A stretch of 32,000 nt of DNA, from contig NC_017448.1 in the NCBI RefSeq assembly GCF_000146505.1, forward strand, positions 30,001 to 62,000. Direction: 5' to 3'. Positions within the stretch are counted from its first letter, which is position 1; each line of letters starts with the position of its first letter. The notes below the pieces were generated by a model that did no database searches, was not told where the DNA came from, and worked only from the letters and a program-made list of their open reading frames with translations. This stretch comes from Fibrobacter succinogenes subsp. succinogenes S85. GTDB taxonomy: Bacteria; Fibrobacterota; Fibrobacteria; Fibrobacterales; Fibrobacteraceae. A program made the position numbers and the translations under genes. Below, in pieces: positions 8,512 through 16,707 of this stretch.

Positions 8512-9087
8512 TTACCTCATTTTAGAAAGAATGTAAAGATTCTTCTTTTTGTATAAAAGTGCAATTTTGTGGATAAAATTAAAATCTAAGTTGTTGAAGT
8601 CCTCGTTTTCAATTCGCAAATTCTCAAATAAAAACGATTCCATAGCGCGCTTGCTAGTGATAGGACTTTCCTTGTAGAGTCTGTCGCAAAGCGCCTTTTC
8701 GCAAGTTGCCATAGCGTAGGGGCGGTCTTCTATATTCTCGATATTGACTCCGTTAGGGAATACTTCGGTCGGAATGTCGGAGTATGAAAACTCGCCGAAG
8801 GGTGTTTGGTATAGCTTGTTTTTGTTCTTTTGGAATGATGCTGACGTGTATAGGTTTACTCGTTCGGGAATGAGTCCGTGTCTGGATAGGGCGTATTCGA
8901 ACGATAGGTATGAGGGCCCGTAAATGGCTCCGGCAAGGACTTCGCCAGGTGTGTTGCGGTCGGTTTCGTAAAGGCCTCGTATAATCTTGAAAATTTCTCC
9001 ATGTAAAGTCATTTGCCGCAATTTCATTTGCGGTTGCTTGTACTCTTGACTCAGCGTTGAAAGGATTTCTGAGGCTGTCCTTATCAC
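8512..9087 (-). CDS. abiEi: Type IV toxin-antitoxin system antitoxin / transcriptional regulator, AbiEi family
   Basis: Motifs RGLYETD, YGPSYLSFEYALSRHGLIPERV and the position directly upstream of abiEii. The ORF is open to a TTG at 9099. I prefer the GTG at 9087 because GGAGG lies 5 nt upstream of it. Confidence 0.8.
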   Translation of the reverse strand: MIRTASEILSTLSQEYKQPQMKLRQMTLHGEIFKIIRGLYETDRNTPGEVLAGAIYGPSYLSFEYALSRHGLIPERVNLYTSASFQKNKNKLYQTPFGEFSYSDIPTEVFPNGVNIENIEDRPYAMATCEKALCDRLYKESPITSKRAMESFLFENLRIENEDFNNLDFNFIHKIALLYKKKNLYILSKMR

Positions 9088-9100
9088 GATTTCCTCCAAT

Positions 9101-9121
9101 AACTATAAAAATAATATAGTT
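9101..9121. promoter_or_regulatory. Perfect 7-bp inverted repeat (aactata-N7-tatagtt) just upstream of abiEi; candidate AbiEi operator
   Basis: Read directly. It lies 14-34 nt upstream of the preferred abiEi start and overlaps AT-rich -10-like sequence on the minus strand. Confidence 0.4.
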
Positions 9122-9164
9122 ACTGGAGAAAATCAATATATTTTTGAATGTATTTATGATAATT

Positions 9165-9317
9165 TTACCCTCCGCAGAACCATAGGCAACAGACAATCCC
9201 GACGATAATGAGGAAGGGGAGGATTTGTAGCAACAGCGTTATGGCGCAGGCGTCGCCTACACCTCCAAGCCCTAAAATGGCTAGAATTGCAAAAATGATA
9301 AGGAATGTCGTCAGCAT
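9165..9317 (-). CDS. Possible 50-aa two-helix hydrophobic peptide (below the ORF-track length cutoff)
   Basis: My manual translation is MLTTFLIIFAILAILGLGGVGDACAITLLLQILPFLIIVGIVCCLWFCGG, running from an ATG to a TAA. The SD is weak (GAGG). There is no homology evidence. Confidence 0.3.
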   Translation of the reverse strand: MLTTFLIIFAILAILGLGGVGDACAITLLLQILPFLIIVGIVCCLWFCGG

Positions 9318-9379
9318 AAAAACCTCATAACTATAATTTAATAGTTGAAAGTGTCATATACTGACAATTTGCGACTTTT

Positions 9380-9934
9380 TTAAAACGCCACGTCCATTTT
9401 TAATCCGGCTGCGGCCGCGAGGGGATCAACCGTCGGTGTCACGATGATTTTTGAGCCATCCTTGAGCTCTGTGCGCCTGCGTTTGTATATGTCGTAGGCG
9501 CGCTCGTACGAGGCGCGTTTGCTGTTTTCACCTGTGCCACAGATGATGTCGTGTAGGCTGAATGCTAGGCCGATTGAGCCTGCGACGATGAGGCCTACGC
9601 CCGCAATTTGTAATGTCTGCCTGTGGACTTCTGCCCATGAATTCTTGTCAATGTTTCCGTTATCACTAAATGCGACAATTGTGGTGAATACGCCGAATCC
9701 TAAAGTGATTCCGCTGATGATGCTTGTCGTGGTTGCGCGGCTGACCATATCCTTTTCGGATTGGATCAGGTTCTGGTAATAGCCGTCAAAGTCTACCTGC
9801 GTGAATTCTGCATGCTGGATGGCCTGCACTGAATCCTTGTAAAAATGCGTTTGTCCGTTATCTTCGGAGGCGGTTGCCTGCCCGAATCCGAGTGCGGCTG
9901 CGATAATCAAAAATGCAAATATTCGTTTGATCAT
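9380..9934 (-). CDS. Hypothetical exported/membrane protein
   Basis: SD AAGGAG lies 5 nt before the ATG at 9934. There is a signal-like N-terminus (MIKRIFAFLIIAAALGFGQATA) and two internal hydrophobic helices. I recognise no domain. Confidence 0.6.
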   Translation of the reverse strand: MIKRIFAFLIIAAALGFGQATASEDNGQTHFYKDSVQAIQHAEFTQVDFDGYYQNLIQSEKDMVSRATTTSIISGITLGFGVFTTIVAFSDNGNIDKNSWAEVHRQTLQIAGVGLIVAGSIGLAFSLHDIICGTGENSKRASYERAYDIYKRRRTELKDGSKIIVTPTVDPLAAAAGLKMDVAF

Positions 9935-9949
9935 ATTTTCTCCTTGAAT

Positions 9950-9983
9950 AAAATACAAAAACAGACCGCTTGAATGCGGTCTG
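9950..9983 (-). terminator. Intrinsic terminator of metK
   Basis: An 8-bp GC-rich stem (cagaccgc/gcggtctg, 9962-9969 with 9976-9983) is followed on the minus strand by TTTTTGTATTTT. Confidence 0.7.
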
Positions 9984-10027
9984 CCTTGTAAAGTTTGTTT
10001 GCGATTTTGTCGCTGGCTTGCTTTTTT

Positions 10028-11236
10028 TTAGAAGTCGTATTCAGCAACAATTTCTGCTGCTTTCTTCAAAGCTTCGGCCTTGTCGGTCTTTTCCCACGTG
10101 AAGCGTGCGCCTGTACGGCCAAAGTGACCGAGGGCGGCGGTAGCAACGTAACCCGGCTTGCGGAGGTCAAGCATCTTTTCGATGCCTGCCGGAGAAAGGT
10201 CAAAGTTCTGTGCGACAATTTCTTCGATCTTGCGGTCGTCGATCTTGCCTGTGCCAAACGTGTTCACGAGCACGGAAACCGGCTTGGAGTAGCCGATAGC
10301 GTAGGCAAGCTGCACTTCGCAACGGTAGGCGAGGCCTGCTGCAACAATGTTCTTTGCCACGTAGCGGGCTGCGTAAGCTGCGCTGCGGTCCACCTTACTC
10401 GGGTCCTTGCCGCTGAATGCGCCACCACCATGGCGGCCCATGCCACCATAGGTATCAACGATGATCTTACGGCCAGTGAGGCCGCAGTCGCCGTGCGGGC
10501 CACCGACAACGAACTTGCCGGTCGGGTTCACGAGGTAACGGGTCTTCTTGTCCAAAAGCTTGGCCGGGATGACCTTCTTGATAAGCTTTTCGATGATTTC
10601 CTTTTCGATCTGGGAATGCTTGAGTTCCTTGCCGTTCACCTTTTCGTCGTGCTGGGTGGAGATGACGACGGTGTCAACGCGGACCGGCTTGTCATTTTCG
10701 TCGTATTCAACAGTGACCTGGGACTTGGCATCCGGGCGGAGCCACTTGATCTTGCCCTTTTCGCGGAGGTTCTGGATTTCTTCCATGAGCTTGTGGGCGA
10801 GGCTGATCGGGAGCGGCATGAGTTCCTTGGTTTCCTTGACGGCGTAACCGAACATCATACCCTGGTCGCCAGCACCCTGCTGGTCGTCCTTCTTGCCTTC
10901 GGCAGCCTTGGCGTCAACGCCCTGGGCGATATCCGGAGACTGCTTGTCCATAGCGACGAGCACAGCGCAGCCCTTGTAGTCGAACTGGAGGTCCGGGTTC
11001 ACGTAGCCGATGTTCTTGATGGTGTTGCGAGCAACTTCCTGGAAATCAACAACAGCCTTGGTGGTAATTTCACCAGAGATAACGACGAGACCGGTGTTCA
11101 CGAGAGTTTCGCAAGCGACACGGCTTTTCGGGTCCTGGGCGAGGCAGGCGTCGAGGATGGAGTCGGAGATCTGGTCGGCGACCTTGTCCGGGTGACCTTT
11201 AGAAACGGATTCAGAGGTAAAAAGATAATGTGCCAT
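10028..11236 (-). CDS. metK: S-adenosylmethionine synthetase
   Basis: 402 aa with canonical motifs ([38 protein letters not shown]). Confidence 0.97.
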   Translation of the reverse strand: MAHYLFTSESVSKGHPDKVADQISDSILDACLAQDPKSRVACETLVNTGLVVISGEITTKAVVDFQEVARNTIKNIGYVNPDLQFDYKGCAVLVAMDKQSPDIAQGVDAKAAEGKKDDQQGAGDQGMMFGYAVKETKELMPLPISLAHKLMEEIQNLREKGKIKWLRPDAKSQVTVEYDENDKPVRVDTVVISTQHDEKVNGKELKHSQIEKEIIEKLIKKVIPAKLLDKKTRYLVNPTGKFVVGGPHGDCGLTGRKIIVDTYGGMGRHGGGAFSGKDPSKVDRSAAYAARYVAKNIVAAGLAYRCEVQLAYAIGYSKPVSVLVNTFGTGKIDDRKIEEIVAQNFDLSPAGIEKMLDLRKPGYVATAALGHFGRTGARFTWEKTDKAEALKKAAEIVAEYDF

Positions 11237-11471
11237 TTGGGGCTCCTATAATAATTCTTTCAATTTTCTTTCTATGCGTAAATTTAGTTAAATGCATAGA
11301 TTGTGGCAACGACAATTTAATCCAATAAGGCTTTTTATACCCAAAATCGCACTTTTGTGTTGTAAATAAAAATTATGTATCTATATTTCCTATAGCTAAC
11401 AATAGAAAGTTGGATGGTGGAGAGTTGATTCTGGCATGGTGCCGGGATGTTTTGCTTATCAAGGAGAATTT

Positions 11472-12236
11472 ATGGATCTGCCTTTTATGACCGCATGGCT
11501 TGATGACCTGCTTGACCCGAAATCCTTTAATGATTATTGTGTGAATGGCCTTTGTGTCGAAGCTAATGACAAGGTGACCAGGATTGTGACGGGCGTGAGT
11601 CTTCGCGACCAGCTGATTGATGCCGCCATTGAAGAAAAGGCGGATTGCATCATCGTTCACCATCCGAATGGATTCTGGAAAGGCGAGTCCCAGCTCCCGG
11701 TAGGGAAATTTGCAGAACGTCTCCGCAAGCTGATGAATAATGGAATTTCCGTGTTCGGTTTCCATTTGCCGCTTGACGGACACCGAGAAATCGGTAACAA
11801 TGCCGTGATTGCGAAACTTTTGGGCTTGAATCCAGTCCATGAGTTTGTTCATGTCGGCATGCGTGCCATTGGCGTGATTGCTGAATGGAATACTCCTGCA
11901 ACGAGAGAAGAATTTGTAGACTGCCTGGATGCCGCTTTTGTCCATGGCGTACAGAACAAGTTCTTCCATGGTCCTGAAGAAATCAAGCGTGTCGCTATTT
12001 GTAGCGGCAGTTGCAGTGCTTCGGACATCAAGGAAGCCTTGGAAATGAACTGCGATGCTTATGTTACAGGGAGTATCAAGGAAGATATCCCTATTTTCTG
12101 CCAGGAAAACGGGGTGAATTTGGCTTCTTGCGGGCATCACAGAACGGAAATCTTTGGCGTGAGCGCACTTGCTGAAAAAATTCAGGCAGAACTCAGCATT
12201 CCGTCTAGATTTATTGATTTGGACAATCCCATTTAA
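11472..12236 (+). CDS. NIF3-family dinuclear metal-centre protein (YbgI/GTP cyclohydrolase 1 type 2 homologue)
   Basis: NGLCVE, ADCIIVHHP, FHLPLD and HHRTE motifs. SD AAGGAG precedes the ATG at 11472. The ORF is open from 11436. Confidence 0.85.
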   Translation: MDLPFMTAWLDDLLDPKSFNDYCVNGLCVEANDKVTRIVTGVSLRDQLIDAAIEEKADCIIVHHPNGFWKGESQLPVGKFAERLRKLMNNGISVFGFHLPLDGHREIGNNAVIAKLLGLNPVHEFVHVGMRAIGVIAEWNTPATREEFVDCLDAAFVHGVQNKFFHGPEEIKRVAICSGSCSASDIKEALEMNCDAYVTGSIKEDIPIFCQENGVNLASCGHHRTEIFGVSALAEKIQAELSIPSRFIDLDNPI

Positions 12237-12255
12237 GGGTAATGTCTAGCCTCCT

Positions 12256-12286
12256 AGCTGTTTGTAAACTTTTGTTATAAACAGCT
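12256..12286 (+). terminator. 12-bp hairpin downstream of the NIF3-family gene (candidate terminator, no clear U-tract)
   Basis: The arms agctgtttgtaa/ttataaacagct have one G-U pair and a 7-nt loop. The hairpin starts 20 nt after the stop codon. Confidence 0.4.
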
Positions 12287-12411
12287 TGAGGCGTGCTAAA
12301 TGGCAGTTTGTTTATTACAAAAACCATATAAAATTCTATATATGGCTTGTAATAAAAAAATAGGGATAAATCCTTTGAAATATTCATGCCATTTATTTAC
12401 ATTATCCTCTG

Positions 12412-13332
12412 ATGAATTTTGTTAAGGCATCCATACGCTTCCAGAAGTCGTCGCGGGCGTTGACCGTGAAGGTGCCTTCGTTTGTCTTGCGCGGTTCGCT
12501 TTTTGTGCGGATCGTCGTTGTTGTGGGATTTATCCTTTTCCTTGTACAGGTGCTTTCTACATCCGTTTATGACGGTGTCTTGAATCATGCCTTTTCAAGC
12601 CGCCAGAAGCTGAACAAGGAACTTTCGCAGATCCAGAATACGGTGGATTATATTTCTAGCACGTCCATGGATTTCTTCAAGGCCGAAAAGATGCTCCATG
12701 CCAAGCTTGGACTCCCGCTGCCGGACGAAGCATCTCGCAAGCTTTCGACGGGTGGTCATATTGAACCGAATGTTCAGCTTTTGCGCAAGAGTTCTCCGGT
12801 GTTTGAACGCACGGCTAAGATGCATGAAGACGTATGGCGCATCTTTGGACAGATCCAGAACAACGAAGAATCCTTTAATTCTCTGACTAAGTACATTGAT
12901 CAGAGCCGTTCCGTTTTACGCTACATTCCGTCTATTTCACCTACGAATGGTCGCTATGCCTCCGCTTTCGGTCCGCGTATCCATCCGGTGACGGGTGAAA
13001 TTGGCAAAATGCATCAGGGCATTGATATTTCCAACGATCGTTGGACTCCAATTTATGCCCCGGCAGATGGCGTGGTTGAGATTTCCCAGCTGAGTTCCTC
13101 TTTTGGGAATTTTGTAGTCCTGAATCATGGCAATGGTCTCAAGACCCGTTATGGGCATATGCAGATGTCGGCCGTGACTCCGGGCGAGTTTGTACATCGT
13201 TATCAGATTCTTGGCTATATGGGAAATACAGGTCGTTCTGTTGGTCCGCACCTCCATTATGAGGTCTGGAAAAACGGCGTCCCGGTAAACCCTCTTCCTT
13301 ATATTCTCCCTAACGACTATGAAGTCGACTAA
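12412..13332 (+). CDS. M23-family peptidoglycan metalloendopeptidase with an N-terminal membrane anchor
   Basis: HQGIDI, YGHM and GPHLHYEV zinc-site motifs. TM helix IVVVVGFILFLVQVL. Confidence 0.85.
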   Translation: MNFVKASIRFQKSSRALTVKVPSFVLRGSLFVRIVVVVGFILFLVQVLSTSVYDGVLNHAFSSRQKLNKELSQIQNTVDYISSTSMDFFKAEKMLHAKLGLPLPDEASRKLSTGGHIEPNVQLLRKSSPVFERTAKMHEDVWRIFGQIQNNEESFNSLTKYIDQSRSVLRYIPSISPTNGRYASAFGPRIHPVTGEIGKMHQGIDISNDRWTPIYAPADGVVEISQLSSSFGNFVVLNHGNGLKTRYGHMQMSAVTPGEFVHRYQILGYMGNTGRSVGPHLHYEVWKNGVPVNPLPYILPNDYEVD

Positions 13333-13382
13333 TTCCCGCTAGCGTTTATACGCTTGGATGGGTGCGCCCAGGGGAGGGTGCA

Positions 13383-14591
13383 ATGAATAATTATGGTGTC
13401 GTGCCGGCAATGTGCTTGGCGCTTTTTTCGTGGGCATTCGCATGCCCGGTGTTTACTGAATTCTATCCGGATCCGAAAGATGTTTCGGACCAGGAGGGTG
13501 AGTATGTCGAAATTCGCATGGACGATTTTCGGGCGGAATCGCTTTATGTGCAATTTGAATCCAAGTCGGTCATGGCGTTTGTATGGCCCGAGGCGGAGCG
13601 CTTTGTGCTTGTGCATGACTCGGCGCAATGCCTTGCTCGGGAGGCTGCTCAAGATGCGCCGCAGGCGGGTGTTGCGTGTGGCTCGCTTGGGAAAATCTCG
13701 CTGCCGAATTCGCGAGAGTCCGTTTGGAAACTTTGGGCGGGCTCGTGTATGGATTCTGTGACGGTGATGCAACCAAAGCCTGGGAAAGTCATTCAGCGAG
13801 TGGGGCTGACGGATAACTGGGAATTTGTCGAAGCTTCCAAGGCTGTGTTGGAATCTCAAGAGGCGTCGGATTCTCTATTGGAGGGCGTGATGGCGGGATT
13901 GTCGCCATTGCGGGTGACGGAGGTGCATCATTGCCCGGAAGAGCCGATGCCGGAATGGGTGGAGCTCTATAATTCGAGTGAGTATCCGCTCCCGCTAGAA
14001 GTGTTCCGCTTTTGCGATCGCGGCGGTGCGCTAGGGAAGGCGGGCGATTCAATTCAGCCGTATCAGGCGGTGCTTGTAAGCAAGGATACGTCGACTCTGC
14101 GTGCGGCTCTTAACATTCCCGATATACGGATGATTCAGGTGTCGCTTGGGTTCTTGAACAATACTGAGGGGACGCTGCGACTTTGCTTCCGTGATGAAAC
14201 GATTGATAGCGTTTATTGGAACAAGGGAACGGTATCTTGCCCATCGGGATTTAATCCTCTGACGATGCGGCGGGAGTTTACGCCTGGGTATTTGCCTAAA
14301 AATGTGCGAAATGTGTCGTTGGCAGCAAAAGTTCCTGTTGAATACAAACTATCGTCCCGTGTTGTTTCGAAAAAGGGAGCTCCGCTTCGAGTAATTGTGG
14401 AATCAGAATACAACGTGGCGCTTTCGCTTCTGGATTCGGCGGGGCGGCGCGTGTGGAAAACTATAGTTTCGGCTATGTCGAATGAATGGGTGAAAGTCCC
14501 GGCGCAGGAATACCTTGGAATTGGTGCTGCATTTGTTTCTTTGTCTGTGGGGGAGTACGAGGATGTGGTCGGTATTCTTGTTCGCCCGTAA
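13383..14591 (+). CDS. Secreted protein with two lamin-tail-domain (LTD)-like modules and an Ig-like C-terminal domain
   Basis: SD GGAGG precedes the ATG at 13383 and a signal-like N-terminus follows. LTD-like strings: FTEFYPDP..EGEYVEI and LRVTEVHHCPEE..EWVELYNSS. The C-terminus (ALSLLDSAGRRVW...) resembles a FlgD-Ig/T9SS-CTD-type sandwich; this last point is weak. Confidence 0.6.
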   Translation: MNNYGVVPAMCLALFSWAFACPVFTEFYPDPKDVSDQEGEYVEIRMDDFRAESLYVQFESKSVMAFVWPEAERFVLVHDSAQCLAREAAQDAPQAGVACGSLGKISLPNSRESVWKLWAGSCMDSVTVMQPKPGKVIQRVGLTDNWEFVEASKAVLESQEASDSLLEGVMAGLSPLRVTEVHHCPEEPMPEWVELYNSSEYPLPLEVFRFCDRGGALGKAGDSIQPYQAVLVSKDTSTLRAALNIPDIRMIQVSLGFLNNTEGTLRLCFRDETIDSVYWNKGTVSCPSGFNPLTMRREFTPGYLPKNVRNVSLAAKVPVEYKLSSRVVSKKGAPLRVIVESEYNVALSLLDSAGRRVWKTIVSAMSNEWVKVPAQEYLGIGAAFVSLSVGEYEDVVGILVRP

Positions 14592-15354
14592 TGTGTTTTG
14601 TGCGTGTTTGAGCGCTCGGCTCTGCAGTGGCTTGATTCTGCTTTTGGGTTTGCTGATGGTACCGCGAGCTTTGGCTATTGAGGGGCATGCTTCGTTTGCT
14701 TCGCTTTTGGCGGGAGGGCTTTCCCCTGTCGGGCTTGGCGGCTACCATTCAACTCCGGCGCGGTATGCAGTTCCATCGTACGGCGTTTCTTATTACTGGA
14801 TGGACGATGTGGAGGAATCTTCATGGAATCTGTCGCTTGAATTTGGGAATGGAGCATACCGTGTGGGCGCCTTTATCGCTTATGAGTCAATGGATTCTTT
14901 GTACCGCAATTTGTATTCGGAGACGTCTCTTGCAAAAACATGGCCGCATTTTGCACTCGGCATGAGTTACGGACTCAATATGGAGTGGATACCTGGCGAT
15001 GCTCTTTGGACGCGACATCGTTTCAAGTGGGCGGGAATCTTTAAATGGCATGAGGTCCATTTTGCGGGGATGCTTAGCGGGTTTATGGATGAGGGTGTTT
15101 CACCTGCTGTCGGTGTCCATTGGCTTTCTGATGAGGCTGTTTCTGCGTTTGCGGAAAGCGATTTTGATTATCTGTATGTGGGTGCAAGTTTTCGTTGGAA
15201 AATGGTGGAGCTGTGCTCGTCGTACAGGTTTCCGGACTTTGCTGTGGCGCTACAGATTTCGTTCAGCGGGGCGCATTATGGAGTCTCTTACGCACGGGGT
15301 TTTAAGCATAATTCAATAGGCTGGAATGGTGTTCATCTTAGGAAAATTATCTAA
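14563..15354 (+). CDS. Hypothetical exported protein, possible outer-membrane beta-barrel
   Basis: The ORF is open from 14515. I prefer the ATG at 14563, which gives a signal peptide ending in PRALA|IEG. The sequence shows an alternating aromatic/aliphatic pattern. It overlaps the upstream gene by 29 nt. Confidence 0.5.
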   Translation: MWSVFLFARNVFCACLSARLCSGLILLLGLLMVPRALAIEGHASFASLLAGGLSPVGLGGYHSTPARYAVPSYGVSYYWMDDVEESSWNLSLEFGNGAYRVGAFIAYESMDSLYRNLYSETSLAKTWPHFALGMSYGLNMEWIPGDALWTRHRFKWAGIFKWHEVHFAGMLSGFMDEGVSPAVGVHWLSDEAVSAFAESDFDYLYVGASFRWKMVELCSSYRFPDFAVALQISFSGAHYGVSYARGFKHNSIGWNGVHLRKII

Positions 15355-15363
15355 ATTTGGGTC

Positions 15364-16020
15364 ATGAAACGCATCGTCCTTCTTTTGCTTGCTTTGTCTG
15401 TATTTTGTGTTGCTAAACCTGCGGACGAGTCTACGGATGCGCAGGCCTTGTCCGAAGAAGAGTCTTTGCGTGATTCAACGATTACGGTGTACATCCATCC
15501 TTTGAACTTTATGGTGCCGTATTCGCACTTTTGGGGCGGTCTCAATGTTCCGAACGGCATTACGGACTATCCGCAGTTCTACCTGACACTGGAATGGAAA
15601 CTGATGGAGAAGATTTCCTTGGTTACGGCTCCGCATTATGTACGCGTGGACCGTACCGAAGATGACAATGATGGTTACAAGATTTACGATATCGGCTTAC
15701 AGGAAAGTTTCCGCTTGTATGGTGTTGGTGGCAAGCGCTGGCGCTATTTCCAGGCGGGGATGATTGTGGATCACCTAAATATCGATACGGAAAAGCATGG
15801 GGACTTTAACGGCTGGCTGTGGGGCTTTATGCTCAATGGCGGCGTGAAGAAGGTCTTGAACGATGGGGAAGGTTTCTTTGGGCGTTTTGCCGTGTCCCTT
15901 GATGCCGGATTCGGCTATGTCTGGACGAGTAAATTTGAAGCGGATCGTAAGAACGCCTTCTTTAAGATGGACAAGGGCCTTGTCATCGATATTAACGCCG
16001 CTATTGGATTCCAGATATAG
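15364..16020 (+). CDS. Hypothetical exported protein, possible small outer-membrane beta-barrel
   Basis: Signal peptide MKRIVLLLLALSVFCVA, amphipathic strand-like segments, C-terminal ...AAIGFQI. Confidence 0.55.
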   Translation: MKRIVLLLLALSVFCVAKPADESTDAQALSEEESLRDSTITVYIHPLNFMVPYSHFWGGLNVPNGITDYPQFYLTLEWKLMEKISLVTAPHYVRVDRTEDDNDGYKIYDIGLQESFRLYGVGGKRWRYFQAGMIVDHLNIDTEKHGDFNGWLWGFMLNGGVKKVLNDGEGFFGRFAVSLDAGFGYVWTSKFEADRKNAFFKMDKGLVIDINAAIGFQI

Positions 16021-16061
16021 ACGAAAGAACGCCACTTTGTGGCTACAGAGTAGAGACGAGA

Positions 16062-16090
16062 GAAGCCTTGCTGTGCAAGGCTTTTGTCTT
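16062..16090 (+). terminator. Intrinsic terminator of the 12412-16020 gene cluster
   Basis: The stem gccttgc/gcaaggc (16065-16071 with 16075-16081) is extended by A-T pairs and followed by TTTTGTCTT. Confidence 0.6.
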
Positions 16091-16102
16091 AGTGTAGCTC
16101 AA

Positions 16103-16140
16103 TAAAAACGAAAAAGCACTTCTCATTGAGAAGTGCTTTT
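16103..16140 (-). terminator. Intrinsic terminator after tRNA-Asp copy 1
   Basis: The stem gcacttctc/gagaagtgc (16116-16124 with 16128-16136) is followed on the minus strand by TTTTTCGTTTTT. Confidence 0.7.
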
Positions 16141-16143
16141 AAG

Positions 16144-16219
16144 CGGGATAGACGAGGCTTGAACTCGCAACCTCCGGCGTGACAGGCCGGTGCTCTAACC
16201 AAAATTGAGCTACCACCCC
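16144..16219 (-). tRNA. tRNA-Asp (anticodon GTC), copy 1
   Basis: Manual cloverleaf of the reverse complement GGGGTGGTAGCTC...CCGGC-CTGTCAC-GCCGG...TTCAAGC...CTATCCCG. 76 nt, CCA not encoded. Confidence 0.9.
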
Positions 16220-16244
16220 AAAATCGTTTCCGATTCTTCGGTAG

Positions 16245-16319
16245 TGGACGATAACGGATTCGAACCGCTGACATTCTGCTTGTAAGGCAGACGCTCTGAA
16301 CCAGCTGAGCTAATCGTCC
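16245..16319 (-). tRNA. tRNA-Val (anticodon TAC)
   Basis: Manual cloverleaf of GGACGATTAGCTCAGCTGGTTCAGAGCG-TCTGC-CTTACAA-GCAGA...GGTTCGAATCC...ATCGTCCA. 75 nt, CCA not encoded. Confidence 0.9.
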
Positions 16320-16325
16320 AAATGA

Positions 16326-16517
16326 TTACTTGTCTTTGTCCTTGCCGCTGTAAAGGATTCCGAGAGGAATGATCACAACGTAAGCAATCGTCAAGATAAT
16401 CGGTGCAACAGAAAGGCTTACCGGATTATCTGCAGGGCCTGTACCCAAGCAAATAAAACCAATAATGAGTAGTAAAATGCCAATACCGATAAGAATAAGA
16501 TTCTTTTTGTTCAACAT
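16326..16517 (-). CDS. Small two-TM membrane protein (DUF3098-like)
   Basis: 63 aa, MLNKKNLILIGIGILLLIIGFICLG...IILTIAYVVIIPLGILY, with a lysine-rich tail. A near-consensus promoter lies upstream. The stop codon is 6 nt before the tRNA-Val 5' end. Confidence 0.6.
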   Translation of the reverse strand: MLNKKNLILIGIGILLLIIGFICLGTGPADNPVSLSVAPIILTIAYVVIIPLGILYSGKDKDK

Positions 16518-16543
16518 TTTCTACAACCTCGAGTTACGAGCCA

Positions 16544-16571
16544 AATATACAAATATTAAAAGTCTTGTCAA
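16544..16571 (-). promoter_or_regulatory. Sigma-70-like promoter TTGACA-N16-TATATT for the small membrane-protein gene and downstream tRNAs
   Basis: On the minus strand, TTGACA is at 16571-16566 and TATATT at 16549-16544. This is about 27 nt upstream of the ATG at 16517. Confidence 0.45.
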
Positions 16572-16669
16572 CCGGAAACGGTGTTTTTCGCGAAAAAAAG
16601 TGAAAAACTTTAAAGGAGATTCTTGCTCGGTGGCGGGCATGACAGAGGAACCGGTCCAATGATTTGAGT

Positions 16670-16703
16670 ATAAACGAAAAGACCTCTCTTCCGAGAGGTC
16701 TTT
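16670..16703 (-). terminator. Intrinsic terminator after tRNA-Asp copy 2
   Basis: The stem gacctctc/gagaggtc (16681-16688 with 16693-16700) has the loop ttcc and is followed on the minus strand by TTTTCGTTT. Confidence 0.65.
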
Positions 16704-16707
16704 GTCG

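Noticed and set aside
6256-10027. Searched the islet borders for integrase or transposase genes, flanking direct repeats or a tRNA attachment site.
   Set aside because: None seen. The islet is therefore reported only as compositionally distinct accessory DNA and not as a defined mobile element.
11237-11471. Looked for a SAM riboswitch in the metK leader or divergent promoter region.
   Set aside because: None of the conserved SAM-I/SAM-II core strings or helices are recognisable. There is only an AT-rich region with a weak 7-bp hairpin (tctatgc/gcataga).
12311-12356. AT-rich 17-bp interrupted hairpin (tttattacaa...ccatata / tatatgg...ttgtaataaa) about 55 nt upstream of the M23 peptidase start.
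   Set aside because: There is no U-tract on either strand and the composition is entirely A/T. It could be promoter curvature or chance symmetry, and I cannot assign a function.
13329-13859. 176-aa minus-strand ORF and several 60-120-aa ORFs overlapping the start of the LTD-protein gene.
   Set aside because: They are Arg/His/Pro-rich antisense or off-frame translations with no start context. The plus-strand gene has an SD, a signal peptide and domain motifs.
14563-15354. Possible PorP/SprF-family T9SS outer-membrane partner of the upstream LTD protein.
   Set aside because: I could not find the N-terminal Q-rich / NPA-type signature that I associate with PorP/SprF. I kept it only as a generic putative barrel.
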